From: a virus
Virus record (IMG/VR): IMGVR_UViG_3300045988_168162
Coordinates: 1 to 64,000 of that record
Length of the DNA stretch: 64,000 nt
Reading direction: 5' to 3' (one strand)
The position numbers and the translations under genes were made by a program. Of the stretch, positions 44,892-53,912 are shown one piece after another; the first letter of the stretch is position 1, and every line of letters begins with the position of its first letter. The notes under the pieces were generated by a model that ran no database searches, was not told the origin of the DNA, and was given only the letters and a program-made list of their open reading frames with translations.

Positions 44892-44967
44892 ATGGTTCAC
44901 CTCTTTTACTCCAGCGTGATCTTGACTTGACATTGGTTGTAATTCTTTGACATGGTGCAGAGCCTCC

Positions 44968-45600
44968 TTATTTAAGCGTTTCGTTTACGAAAAAGATGTT
45001 GTTATGTTCGTAGCATTTATGACATGTCAGGCAGTTGCGGGCACCGCAGTTGATTTCGACATTGTGCTGTTTGCTGTACGCCTTATCGTAGACGGTGAAT
45101 ACCTTATCGATCCAGCTGTAGTTGGAGAAATCCTGCGAGACCTGATTGAGGTGGTCGGAGCTGTATACGCAAATCAGATTGTCCGGCTTGCCAAGCTCCT
45201 TAATGGCCTTATCCATGAAAGCTGCGTTCTTCGTCCAGAGAGCGATCGTACACCACGGATTCGCCCTGGCAATGCGGATGTAGTTCTTGGCGTGGGTCAC
45301 ATTGACAAGGTCGCCATGGCTTTCAAACCGGGCAATGCGGCTATTCAGGACGGGCAGCTCGTAAACCTCAAGGTCATGACTGGAAAGGATCTTGGTGTTT
45401 CCTGCATAGCGGTTTCGTGCGGCGGGATAGATGGCCAGACCACGCTTGGCATAGCAGTGTGAGCATACGCTGGTTTCATCCTTGGCACGCTGCTCACAAA
45501 TGGGATTGCAGAGCATACTGGTGGTGATGGTCGGAATGCCATTCATTTTGCCTTGCGGGTGAGAGATAAAAATCTGTTCTATGACACGATCATTTTTCAT
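44968..45600 (-). CDS. Cys-rich hypothetical protein (210 aa)
   Basis: CNPICEQRAKDETSVCSHCY plus a C-terminal CGARNCLTCHKC. Start at MKNDRV after AAAGGA. Confidence 0.5.
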   Translation of the reverse strand: MKNDRVIEQIFISHPQGKMNGIPTITTSMLCNPICEQRAKDETSVCSHCYAKRGLAIYPAARNRYAGNTKILSSHDLEVYELPVLNSRIARFESHGDLVNVTHAKNYIRIARANPWCTIALWTKNAAFMDKAIKELGKPDNLICVYSSDHLNQVSQDFSNYSWIDKVFTVYDKAYSKQHNVEINCGARNCLTCHKCYEHNNIFFVNETLK

Positions 45601-45749
45601 TTTATGTATCCTTTCTTGGCAGCGCACAAGAGCGGATACAATATTCAATTTTTATATCTCACCCTTGGTGGCTGGTATTACAGCATCAGCGCGACGAAAA
45701 GTGGTTGTTTTGTTTCAATCAGGGCAAGGAGATCCATTATGATTCCTCC

Positions 45750-45950
45750 TCACTCATCCATCGGGATGGCATCCGTCACCTCATAGTGGCCGTTTCGCAT
45801 GGAATAGCCAATGTTACTGGCAACATCAGCGCTCATGTTTGCATCACCATTATTCAATGCCTGACTTACCTTTTCGATGGCATCATCAGCGCTCTCAGCA
45901 TCAATGTAGACAGTCGTGGAAACAGAAATGACAACTTTGTAGGTATTCAT
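45750..45950 (-). CDS. hypothetical protein (66 aa)
   Basis: ORF in a tight array with a 4-nt overlap to the upstream gene. Confidence 0.4.
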   Translation of the reverse strand: MNTYKVVISVSTTVYIDAESADDAIEKVSQALNNGDANMSADVASNIGYSMRNGHYEVTDAIPMDE

Positions 45951-46186
45951 AATACACTCTCCTTGAAAAAGCCCCAGTTTGTCATAGTCGATTCGATACG
46001 GTCGGAAAGATCGCCATAATCACAGCCGTAGATGTTTGTATCACTGCAGGATGCATCACCGATGGCATCCATGTCGCGGTCGGGATTGTCGATCTTGACA
46101 CCCTTTTCATCGAGAAAGTCTTCGAAGATGTCAATGATCTGGCCGATAAATTCGAGCTTATCGCTGTTTGTCATATGATATATCAC
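45947..46186 (-). CDS. hypothetical acidic protein (79 aa)
   Basis: ORF in a tight array. Confidence 0.4.
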   Translation of the reverse strand: MIYHMTNSDKLEFIGQIIDIFEDFLDEKGVKIDNPDRDMDAIGDASCSDTNIYGCDYGDLSDRIESTMTNWGFFKESVL

Positions 46187-46248
46187 TCCTTTGTGTAACC
46201 GGTGGCGGTGATTTCATTTTTAAAGTTGATCATTTTCAGAACCTCTTA

Positions 46249-46437
46249 TCAGTCATTCATATATTGGAAGTCGTGAATAATACCGAGCTTGTTTAGAAGA
46301 TCGATTAGGCCATCATGGACCCCTTCAATATAACCAGTATCATAACCAGGGTCAGAAATTTCAAGATTGTCGTCATTGTCTTTGATAAGAGCGGCAACAA
46401 CATTGCGGATTTGTGACGACGTATAGGAATTTTCCAT
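46249..46437 (-). CDS. hypothetical acidic protein (62 aa)
   Basis: ORF in a tight array. Confidence 0.4.
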   Translation of the reverse strand: MENSYTSSQIRNVVAALIKDNDDNLEISDPGYDTGYIEGVHDGLIDLLNKLGIIHDFQYMND

Positions 46438-46455
46438 TTGCAGAACCCCTCCGTT

Positions 46456-46632
46456 TTATTCAACTTCTACCATTTCGAGCAGATCATATGCACTGGAGCC
46501 GTCATCGGTTTCATCGTCAAGGCGCTGAAGCAGCTCTTTCATTGCATCATTTTTATCTTCTGCTGTGACAAGGTAGGTATCGCTAAATTTGCGTTTATTG
46601 TTGTAAACACGACAATCATACAGATGTCTCAT
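46456..46632 (-). CDS. hypothetical protein (58 aa, below track cutoff)
   Basis: MRHLYDCRVYNNKRKF.. fills the gap, with a 4-nt overlap to the upstream stop. Confidence 0.35.
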   Translation of the reverse strand: MRHLYDCRVYNNKRKFSDTYLVTAEDKNDAMKELLQRLDDETDDGSSAYDLLEMVEVE

Positions 46633-46823
46633 ACTTCGTCATGCTCCTTTGCGACAAGTTTCTGCAGCTTTTCATACAGTTTGCTGCAGGCATTAGCTCG
46701 CTGCTTTGCCAACTTGGCCTCTCCGCCTTCAAGTGTGCTTGCATATTCCTCGAAGTTTTCGCGGTTGGCTTCCAAGGCATCAATAATGGTCCAGAGTTGA
46801 TTATCAGTTAAAGTGATTTTCAT
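46629..46823 (-). CDS. hypothetical protein (64 aa)
   Basis: Start at MKITLTD after GGAGGTGTAACC. Confidence 0.45.
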   Translation of the reverse strand: MKITLTDNQLWTIIDALEANRENFEEYASTLEGGEAKLAKQRANACSKLYEKLQKLVAKEHDEV

Positions 46824-46836
46824 GGTTACACCTCCG

Positions 46837-47055
46837 TCAATGCCAGTCGTGGGAATTAAATTCTTCGATTGCACGGTCAAGCTCGTCACAATCATTTGAA
46901 ATGCGTTTTTGATCGTCCAACCACTTAGGAGGAACAACCATATCTTTCCTTTCATTTCTTGTGATTTGTTCTTCTGCAAAACACAGTGATTCGTTTGCGC
47001 GTTCCCGCTCATCAGAAAGAGCCTTATAAATTCGTTGTAAGGTTTTAAAGGTCAT
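46837..47055 (-). CDS. hypothetical protein (72 aa)
   Basis: Start at MTFKTLQ after GAGGTGCGGT. Confidence 0.45.
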   Translation of the reverse strand: MTFKTLQRIYKALSDERERANESLCFAEEQITRNERKDMVVPPKWLDDQKRISNDCDELDRAIEEFNSHDWH

Positions 47056-47082
47056 ACCGCACCTCAATCGAAGCTTTGTTTT

Positions 47083-47355
47083 TTATTCGTCCGTTAAAAT
47101 GATATCTTCGCCAACGACCAGCGAGAGCGGATGAGAATTATAATGATCTGTGATACCCCAGCAGTTATAATACTCGTTATCTTCATCCAGACCAACGCCC
47201 TCATTTACATCATCCAAAATATCTTGCGTAGTTGGAAGTTCGGTTTCGTCGGCAGTATCAATGCCAGCATCCAAAACCTCTTTTCGCTTGGCAGCGCACT
47301 CTGCAATAAAGCGTTTGACAGTCCGATAACCATTGACAGTAAAAACGTATCGCAT
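47083..47355 (-). CDS. hypothetical acidic protein (90 aa)
   Basis: ORF in a tight array. Confidence 0.45.
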   Translation of the reverse strand: MRYVFTVNGYRTVKRFIAECAAKRKEVLDAGIDTADETELPTTQDILDDVNEGVGLDEDNEYYNCWGITDHYNSHPLSLVVGEDIILTDE

Positions 47356-47367
47356 GTTGTACCTCCG

Positions 47368-47754
47368 TCATTGACAAATTTCCCAGCCTTCATCCCACAG
47401 ATAACGTTCTCTAAGCTCACACCAAATCTGTCTTGAAATATCCTTGATCTCTTGATGTACACAGATGTGTTTCCAAATTTCTTTGGTTTCCTCGACTGTG
47501 CGTGGTTCGTAGATGTTGTTGAGCCACTTTGCAATGGTTTCGTTGGTACCATCTGGAAATATAAAGCGCGGTTTGTTTGTGTCATCGGAAATGTAGGACC
47601 CAAACCACCGGTTGAGGGTGCCTTTCGGCGCGGCTTTTTCGCGCTGTTTCAGATCCTTTGTTTTGACACCACCAAAGACGGCGGCGACTGCGCAGACTTC
47701 CTCGTCAAAGCGCGGATAGCTGGCGCTACCGGCATATTCATAACTCATGCCCAT
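47368..47754 (-). CDS. hypothetical protein (128 aa)
   Basis: Start at MGMSYEY after AAAGGGA. Confidence 0.45.
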   Translation of the reverse strand: MGMSYEYAGSASYPRFDEEVCAVAAVFGGVKTKDLKQREKAAPKGTLNRWFGSYISDDTNKPRFIFPDGTNETIAKWLNNIYEPRTVEETKEIWKHICVHQEIKDISRQIWCELRERYLWDEGWEICQ

Positions 47755-47814
47755 AATAGGTTCCCTTTCATCAAACATAAACTTTATTGATTCGCGATTA
47801 ACGTAGTATCGTTG

Positions 47815-48270
47815 TTATTCCTTTTCTACAACTTCTATAATTTTATAAAAGTCTCCATATTCCTTAAAGATACGTTCCTGCTCTGCAGATGCGGCCTCAA
47901 AATCAAACCTTTTTGCAGCAGCAAGGCAAGCTGTATCTGCGCATTCGTCCAAAGAAATATAAAGTGGAACACGGGATGTACGGATGCTTCGCTTAAGAAC
48001 ATATTGAGGTTCATCGATGCTAATACTGAATACAGACCATGTTGTAACATCATTTGCTGGCGTATTTTTTTCTAGTGTGATTTTTAATGTCTGATGGTCA
48101 CTTCTCATACAACAATTGATACCATTTTTAAGGCTATTGTCGAATTCTTTGTTGGCGTCACGAACTGCTGCTTGAAAGCACTCAACATCACTATCAAATG
48201 GGCCAACCACAGTAATATCTGGATCAAAAGAATATGTACACAAGTAATACCATTTACACATAAGTTTCAC
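47815..48270 (-). CDS. hypothetical protein (151 aa)
   Basis: ORF in the array. AT-richer than its neighbours by eye. Confidence 0.45.
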   Translation of the reverse strand: MKLMCKWYYLCTYSFDPDITVVGPFDSDVECFQAAVRDANKEFDNSLKNGINCCMRSDHQTLKITLEKNTPANDVTTWSVFSISIDEPQYVLKRSIRTSRVPLYISLDECADTACLAAAKRFDFEAASAEQERIFKEYGDFYKIIEVVEKE

Positions 48271-48299
48271 CTCATCTTTTCACAAAAATAGAAAACCTA

Positions 48300-48698
48300 T
48301 CAGTCGTAGAAATCTCTCACGATAGTTTCGCACCATTCATCATTCGGGATGCCGTCATCGGCGCTGTCGATGAAAGAGTTGGCAATCGTCTCCGCATCGC
48401 CTTCATCCATGGCACGCTTGATACGATCTTCGATTTCATCTGTAGACCATTCATCATCGTATCTGTATTTGTTTTGGAAGTATTCACGGATGTAATACTT
48501 GGCTTCTTCAGTAGCACGTCGCATGAGTTCATTTTCATGCTCATCTACAACGATAGAATCAAGGTTTGTGAGGACAAGTTCAAAAGATTCAATGCGACCG
48601 AGTTCGTACATTGAAAGAAACTTGTCACCGAGCATCACATAATTGTCCATTTTCTTTTTGCTGGTAGCCAGTAATTCTTCTAAGTTTTTCTTAGTCAT
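48300..48698 (-). CDS. hypothetical acidic protein (132 aa)
   Basis: ORF in the array. Confidence 0.45.
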   Translation of the reverse strand: MTKKNLEELLATSKKKMDNYVMLGDKFLSMYELGRIESFELVLTNLDSIVVDEHENELMRRATEEAKYYIREYFQNKYRYDDEWSTDEIEDRIKRAMDEGDAETIANSFIDSADDGIPNDEWCETIVRDFYD

Positions 48699-48728
48699 AA
48701 ATGTTACCTCAATTCATAAAACGATTTC

Positions 48729-48947
48729 TTAGCGAATGGGGATATTCTTTCTGAGAGAAAAAACGTAAGCAAACTTAGGGTCAAGATCAAAAACGTGGTC
48801 TGTGCGGAACACTTCTTCGGCGTTGTTTTGCAAAACTCGTTTTGCTTTTTCACTGGCTTCCTGTTTGGAGTTGGCGGCAAGAATAACTTCTTCACCATAA
48901 ATTCTTGCGCCGTCATCCATAACACCAACAACTTTGTACCAATTCAT
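48729..48947 (-). CDS. hypothetical protein (72 aa)
   Basis: ORF in the array. Confidence 0.4.
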   Translation of the reverse strand: MNWYKVVGVMDDGARIYGEEVILAANSKQEASEKAKRVLQNNAEEVFRTDHVFDLDPKFAYVFSLRKNIPIR

Positions 48948-48961
48948 GTTGTCACCTTAAC

Positions 48962-49294
48962 TTACTTTTTTACAGCATTCGATAAATGTTCACACAGGGA
49001 ATTAAGCTTCTCGGCCATTTCGTCCGCGTCACGAAGCAAGGTGCGGATACCAGGTGCCTCACGCATATCGACGCAGAAGAGAGCGTGTTCTTCGGGATCG
49101 AAATCTTCAGCGTATTCGTACAGGCTATGTAAAATTTCATCATCGTTGCTGCCATAAAGATAGACAAGGAAATCCTCACCGGCGGGAGACCATGTTTCAA
49201 GTTCAAGACCAATGGGATTTGTATCGTTATCAAAATCGACACTATAGAGCCAACCTTTTTCTTGGATGGCATTAAGTAGAGTATTAGAAAACAT
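48962..49294 (-). CDS. hypothetical acidic protein (110 aa)
   Basis: ORF in the array. Confidence 0.45.
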   Translation of the reverse strand: MFSNTLLNAIQEKGWLYSVDFDNDTNPIGLELETWSPAGEDFLVYLYGSNDDEILHSLYEYAEDFDPEEHALFCVDMREAPGIRTLLRDADEMAEKLNSLCEHLSNAVKK

Positions 49295-49371
49295 TATGCT
49301 CTCCTTTGTTGGTTAAAAATGAATTCTTTTGTACATTGGGCGCCGAGGATATGTATGTGCCACGAGATATT

Positions 49372-49686
49372 TCATTTTACATTCACCTTTAACAGATAAT
49401 TGATGGTGTCTGTTAGATTCTGTACGGAATTGATGCCGTAACCGTAGACACATTCGATTATTGTGTCAGAGCTTCCCTGCACGAGTTCACAGTAGTGTTC
49501 CCACTGGAATGTGCCGTCGTCTTTCATGCAAAGTTCAAAGGAAATGTCGAGCAGGACATCCGGCGTATCGGTGACGAATACCATGGTTCTAGTATCAAAC
49601 CCGGCAGGCATTTCACCTTGGCCGTCCCAGTTTGTGGGATTCATTTCATGCAGAAATGCTTTTGCGATTTCATCAGGCTTCATCAT
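49372..49686 (-). CDS. hypothetical protein (104 aa)
   Basis: Start at MMKPDEI after GGGAGGGA. Confidence 0.45.
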   Translation of the reverse strand: MMKPDEIAKAFLHEMNPTNWDGQGEMPAGFDTRTMVFVTDTPDVLLDISFELCMKDDGTFQWEHYCELVQGSSDTIIECVYGYGINSVQNLTDTINYLLKVNVK

Positions 49687-49706
49687 GCGATTCGTCCCTC
49701 CCAACC

Positions 49707-50105
49707 TTACTGTGAAAGCATATAGCCGCGCTGAAAGTCTACGCAGCGATTCCAGTCCATGACTTCAGAGATGGAATTATCGCCGACTTCATTTTCAAAG
49801 GCACACTCGGCAATGAGCTGGCAATAGTCTGCGACCGACATATCCTTGCCATAAGACTCGACCATAGCCTGGACGGAATCATAGAAGCCGCAGATGGCAG
49901 TCTCGATCTTATCAAGATCCATGGAGCCGACATTGACCGTGGAGTTTGTGACGCAGTAGTCTGAGTCTTCGCGCGGGAGCATATCCATCAACTGGAGTTG
50001 GACAAACTCGTACTCGGTATCCGTGATTTTACGGCAATACTGGGCGCAGGAATCATCGGTAAGGAACCATGGGCCTACGGTGGCGGGCAGAGAGCAGACA
50101 GACAT
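49707..50105 (-). CDS. hypothetical acidic protein (132 aa)
   Basis: ORF in the array. Confidence 0.45.
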   Translation of the reverse strand: MSVCSLPATVGPWFLTDDSCAQYCRKITDTEYEFVQLQLMDMLPREDSDYCVTNSTVNVGSMDLDKIETAICGFYDSVQAMVESYGKDMSVADYCQLIAECAFENEVGDNSISEVMDWNRCVDFQRGYMLSQ

Positions 50106-50107
50106 GG

Positions 50108-50455
50108 TTAATCCTCCAGCGTTTCATCGACAATTTTGTATTTTATAGAGGACGGAAGACCATCGTACTGCGGATGATCAAAGAAAAGATAGGAGAGGAC
50201 ATCTTCCATGATGTATTTCATATTGCCGTTGTTGATATGCTCCATCTCTTTTTCGGAGCACATGTAGGTATCACTATCGCCAGAGATAAAACCACAGTCA
50301 TCTTCAGCATGACCAACAAATTCATCGACAGCGCAATTGATATAACCGGCATAGCCTTCCTCGATATCTTCGGGCAGAAGGTTATCGCCGGTGCCGGGAG
50401 TCAGAGTGACGATATAATTCTTACCGGCATCTTCATCTTTTACATAAACAAGCAT
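50108..50455 (-). CDS. hypothetical acidic protein (115 aa)
   Basis: ORF in the array. Confidence 0.45.
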   Translation of the reverse strand: MLVYVKDEDAGKNYIVTLTPGTGDNLLPEDIEEGYAGYINCAVDEFVGHAEDDCGFISGDSDTYMCSEKEMEHINNGNMKYIMEDVLSYLFFDHPQYDGLPSSIKYKIVDETLED

Positions 50456-50485
50456 TGAGAAACTTCCTTTCTTGAAAAAAATAAA

Positions 50486-50800
50486 TCAGACCATACTGTA
50501 CAGGTCTGCGAATGTAAGAATGGGGTGGACTGCTTCGGCCTGTACCGTGCCGGTAGCACAATCAATTTCTGCTATATCCACCATCATAAGGTGTCCATCC
50601 CAGGTTCTAATCATATATGTTTCACTATAGAGGGAGTTGGCACAATCCATAATAGTAGCCAGGTGGCCATAACGATGTTTATTAGAGCTGAAAGCCCAGA
50701 CTTCACCAATTTTGATATCGCCATGATTATCTTCGCCAAATTCCTTTGCTAGATCATCCCAGCTGCGGAGCTTGACGGTGTCATCGATGTTGTAGGTCAT
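50486..50800 (-). CDS. SH3-like-domain paralog with C-terminal tag (..HPILTFADLYSMV)
   Basis: N-terminal DDTVKLRSWDDLAKEFG module shared with the five upstream paralogs, plus the shared C-terminal motif. Confidence 0.55.
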   Translation of the reverse strand: MTYNIDDTVKLRSWDDLAKEFGEDNHGDIKIGEVWAFSSNKHRYGHLATIMDCANSLYSETYMIRTWDGHLMMVDIAEIDCATGTVQAEAVHPILTFADLYSMV

Positions 50801-50814
50801 AAAATCACCTGCCT

Positions 50815-51393
50815 TTACGGTGTAACAGAAAAGAGATCGTCGAACGAAATGGTGGGGGCGATGATAGTTGCGGAATCCTTAATGACGCAATCAATGCAGT
50901 ATTTGGTGAACTCAAAATATTGGAATGAAAATTCAGGCTCGGGCATATCCTCGACGATAATTCCTTCAATTCTTTCATCACCCTGCTTATAGGTTTTGAT
51001 TTCTTTGATCGTAAGCGGAACATCGACGAAGAATTTAGAAAAATCACCGCTAAGGCAGGTCGGGTTGTCATTCTCGGGGCCCAGGCCGTTCATATTAAAA
51101 TCGGCCTGCATATCAGCCCAGGAGCGAAGCTGAATCCTATCGCCGGGGTAATAGGCTGGTTCCGGCTCGAGCATTTCATCGCCCCAGCTCCAATAACTTA
51201 AATCAGACAAGAAATCTATATAATAACTACATTCATATACACACGTGATTTTGCCCCAGCGGCCGCAATATTCACGCATAGTATCGGTAAATGTCAAGGG
51301 AACCAGAATGTTTCCATATACGTCCATACCATATTCAGCTTCCATATCGTCCCACTGGCGGATACGGACCCAATCGCCTACTTTATGCTGCAT
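50815..51393 (-). CDS. two-module paralog with C-terminal tag (..APTISFDDLFSVTP)
   Basis: GDWVRIRQWDDMEAEYG and a second GDRIQLRSWADMQADF module. Conserved junction AATGTGAGGTGATTTTGT-ATG. Confidence 0.55.
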   Translation of the reverse strand: MQHKVGDWVRIRQWDDMEAEYGMDVYGNILVPLTFTDTMREYCGRWGKITCVYECSYYIDFLSDLSYWSWGDEMLEPEPAYYPGDRIQLRSWADMQADFNMNGLGPENDNPTCLSGDFSKFFVDVPLTIKEIKTYKQGDERIEGIIVEDMPEPEFSFQYFEFTKYCIDCVIKDSATIIAPTISFDDLFSVTP

Positions 51394-51404
51394 ACAAAAT
51401 CACC

Positions 51405-51977
51405 TCACATTGCGGCATCAGAGAAAAGATCGGAAAAAGACAGCGTGGGGACGACTTGCGGTAAAGAGGTTGGCACAGCGTGGCAAAACTCATAGCCAGA
51501 AAAAACATACATTTCGAGGTGTGTGTTCTCTTTACAGAATATATGATAGTGATAAATACCTGCACCTCTGTGCGTTATATCCTTGATCGTGGCAAGGACA
51601 GGATTTTGAAACCTGGATTCAAATTCAGGCTTCGTAAAAAATGTCGGATTTATACTTTTGTCGACCCCATTCATATCGAAATCACGATCCAGTGCGTCCA
51701 TACTGCTGACGATGACCTGATCTCCTACCTGGTAGGGCTCATTTGGTTCCAGCATAGCATCTTTCCAGTACCAATTATTATCGACACCTTTAAAGGAGAT
51801 CCGACAAGCATTGCCCCATATGTCTGTTATTTTGCCCCAGCGGCCGCAGAGCTTTTGCATTTTGGGAGCAAAACAAAATTCATCAACCAGAAGGCAATCA
51901 TGATCATCCTTACGGTATTCTTGACAAAGGTCATCCCATTGGCGAACACGCACCCAGTCACCAATTTTATATTTCAC
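51405..51977 (-). CDS. two-module paralog with C-terminal tag (..VVPTLSFSDLFSDAAM)
   Basis: GDWVRVRQWDDLCQEY and GDQVIVSSMDALDRDF modules. GTG start after GAGGTGATTTTGCC. Confidence 0.55.
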   Translation of the reverse strand: MKYKIGDWVRVRQWDDLCQEYRKDDHDCLLVDEFCFAPKMQKLCGRWGKITDIWGNACRISFKGVDNNWYWKDAMLEPNEPYQVGDQVIVSSMDALDRDFDMNGVDKSINPTFFTKPEFESRFQNPVLATIKDITHRGAGIYHYHIFCKENTHLEMYVFSGYEFCHAVPTSLPQVVPTLSFSDLFSDAAM

Positions 51978-51989
51978 GGCAAAATCACC

Positions 51990-52322
51990 TCACATTGCAA
52001 AAAGTTCTTCAAAGGAGACTGTAGGTTCGACCTGGTCGGAAACAGGATCTAACATATCATCGTTAAAACCCCATAGCATGTAAGATATATCATCGGGAGA
52101 TAAAACATTGCCGTTATCATCCTGTAAATTGTAGCGATTACCAGACCTGCTTACCGTAAAAACCTGGCCGCAATACTTACGCATAGCTGGGTTAAAATAC
52201 AAACCGTTTACATTTGGCCCTGCCATGCTCGGTATCTTTTCATACTGCATAGCCCACTTAGAAACCAGCTCGTCCCAATCCTTGACGCGGACACAATCGC
52301 CGGGTTTGAATTTGTTTTTCAT
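51990..52322 (-). CDS. single-module paralog with C-terminal tag (..VEPTVSFEELFAM)
   Basis: GDCVRVKDWDELVSKW module, YCGQVFTV core, tag. Confidence 0.55.
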   Translation of the reverse strand: MKNKFKPGDCVRVKDWDELVSKWAMQYEKIPSMAGPNVNGLYFNPAMRKYCGQVFTVSRSGNRYNLQDDNGNVLSPDDISYMLWGFNDDMLDPVSDQVEPTVSFEELFAM

Positions 52323-52669
52323 TGCAGTGCCCCTTTGGCAAAAAGTTTTTCAAAAGACAAGGCGGGCTCGATCGCCATAGTAGGGACATCCTCGGCAGGC
52401 TCCAGCATTTTTTCACTGAATGACCATGTTATTTTGAAATCACGAGAGCGAAGAATATCCCCGGCATCGTCTACAAGATTGAAATAATCTCCGCTGTATT
52501 TGCAAATTGTATAAACATGACCGCAATACGGGATCATGCGGGAGTTAAATAAAAGACCGTCGATACGAAATCCGTCTACGACGGGCACCATATCTTTGGC
52601 ATTCTCGCTGATGGCTGTGAGTGCTTCCAAGCTTTTGACACGGACGCGGTCGCCGATACGATAGGGCAT
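52319..52669 (-). CDS. single-module paralog with C-terminal tag (..IEPALSFEKLFAKGALQ)
   Basis: GDRVRVKSLEALTAIS module, YCGHVYTI core, tag. Confidence 0.55.
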   Translation of the reverse strand: MPYRIGDRVRVKSLEALTAISENAKDMVPVVDGFRIDGLLFNSRMIPYCGHVYTICKYSGDYFNLVDDAGDILRSRDFKITWSFSEKMLEPAEDVPTMAIEPALSFEKLFAKGALQ

Positions 52670-52672
52670 GTA

Positions 52673-53296
52673 TCATTCATCCTTTCCAAAAAGTTCTTCA
52701 AAAGAAACAGTGGGCTGTGTGATGATGGACTGGACAAATTTGCTGCAGTAATAAAGCGTGCTGAGGGGAAATTTCCAGGTAGTATCATTCTCGTCCTGCA
52801 GATTGGCAGCAGTAGTGTCGCCATTGCGATCATAACTTATATGAACGATCTGATACTTTTTAAGGCACATCTTTTTCATGCTTCTGGTGATAAAGATGTT
52901 ATTGACCATACAGTCAGGATCAACCAATGTGGCAGGGGGATTTGCCTGGGCAATGATTTCATTCCAGGGACGCACCCAGACGCTGCTGCCTACTGTTACA
53001 GGAACCTCAGAAGCAGGAACGGCTTCGTACAAAAGAGTATCAGAGAAGATCATCTGACCGCCATCTTTGTAGCGGACAACCATGCACGTCATAGGATCAA
53101 TAAGATCATAACGGATGAGGCATGTCCTTGCATGTATCTGCCCAACACGCATAAGACGGCCGCAGTAAGCAGCTTTTTCCTTATTGAAGCTGATACCGTC
53201 CCTTGTATAAAACGCCTCATCGTTACTACGGCCATTTTCCGCGAGGATCGTTTCAAGGCTGCGGACGATGACCCAATCTCCTGCTTTATAACTCAT
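52673..53296 (-). CDS. two-module paralog with C-terminal tag (..TQPTVSFEELFGKDE)
   Basis: Start at MSYKAGDWVIVRS (ATG 53296). Second module SSVWVRPWNEI. Tag present. Confidence 0.55.
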   Translation of the reverse strand: MSYKAGDWVIVRSLETILAENGRSNDEAFYTRDGISFNKEKAAYCGRLMRVGQIHARTCLIRYDLIDPMTCMVVRYKDGGQMIFSDTLLYEAVPASEVPVTVGSSVWVRPWNEIIAQANPPATLVDPDCMVNNIFITRSMKKMCLKKYQIVHISYDRNGDTTAANLQDENDTTWKFPLSTLYYCSKFVQSIITQPTVSFEELFGKDE

Positions 53297-53912
53297 ACAG
53301 CTCCCTCGCTTTTTCTTCCGGAATGATTTCGGCATGGCTGCTGCCAAAGAAAGCCTCAAACATTTCATCGTCGTGATCGGTATGGAAGCCGCTGCAGCTA
53401 TCATGGTATTCCCAGGAACCCGTGTCAGTATCATAGACATAAACATCATAGACGTAGCTGGGACCGGTGAGATAATCATCGTAAGCCCGGATCTCATCCC
53501 GAATCAGCTTCTGTGCAGTCTGCTGCCAGTTTTCATCCGTGCCGAACTGGTCGATCACATTCTGTTTGGTGCAGATGGCGTAACCAATCTGACCGGAATC
53601 CCACTGATCATGATAGGGCAGCACACTGATGGAAATACCGCTGTGCGCATACAGGAACAACGGCAGAGCCACGAACTCCTGACCGATTTCACGGCGGGAA
53701 TCCAGTTCCGTGCGCGGATCATCGCAGGTGATATCGCCCCAGAAATAGCGGTTCTTGGTGGTGACAAGTTCGATCGTGCCGTAATCTTCGTGCGGGTTGA
53801 CGGGGTCGGTATCGTAGCTGGCGGTGACAAAATACAGTTCCCCATCCTTGGTAAGAACATAAATACCATCCATGGTCTGGGTCGTTTTGACCTCGATCGT
53901 AAGAGCGGACAT
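53286..53912 (-). CDS. hypothetical protein (208 aa)
   Basis: Start at MSALTIEV (ATGA-type overlap with the upstream stop). Conserved-looking core YAHSGISISV..WDSGQIGYA. No family assigned. Confidence 0.5.
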   Translation of the reverse strand: MSALTIEVKTTQTMDGIYVLTKDGELYFVTASYDTDPVNPHEDYGTIELVTTKNRYFWGDITCDDPRTELDSRREIGQEFVALPLFLYAHSGISISVLPYHDQWDSGQIGYAICTKQNVIDQFGTDENWQQTAQKLIRDEIRAYDDYLTGPSYVYDVYVYDTDTGSWEYHDSCSGFHTDHDDEMFEAFFGSSHAEIIPEEKARELYEL

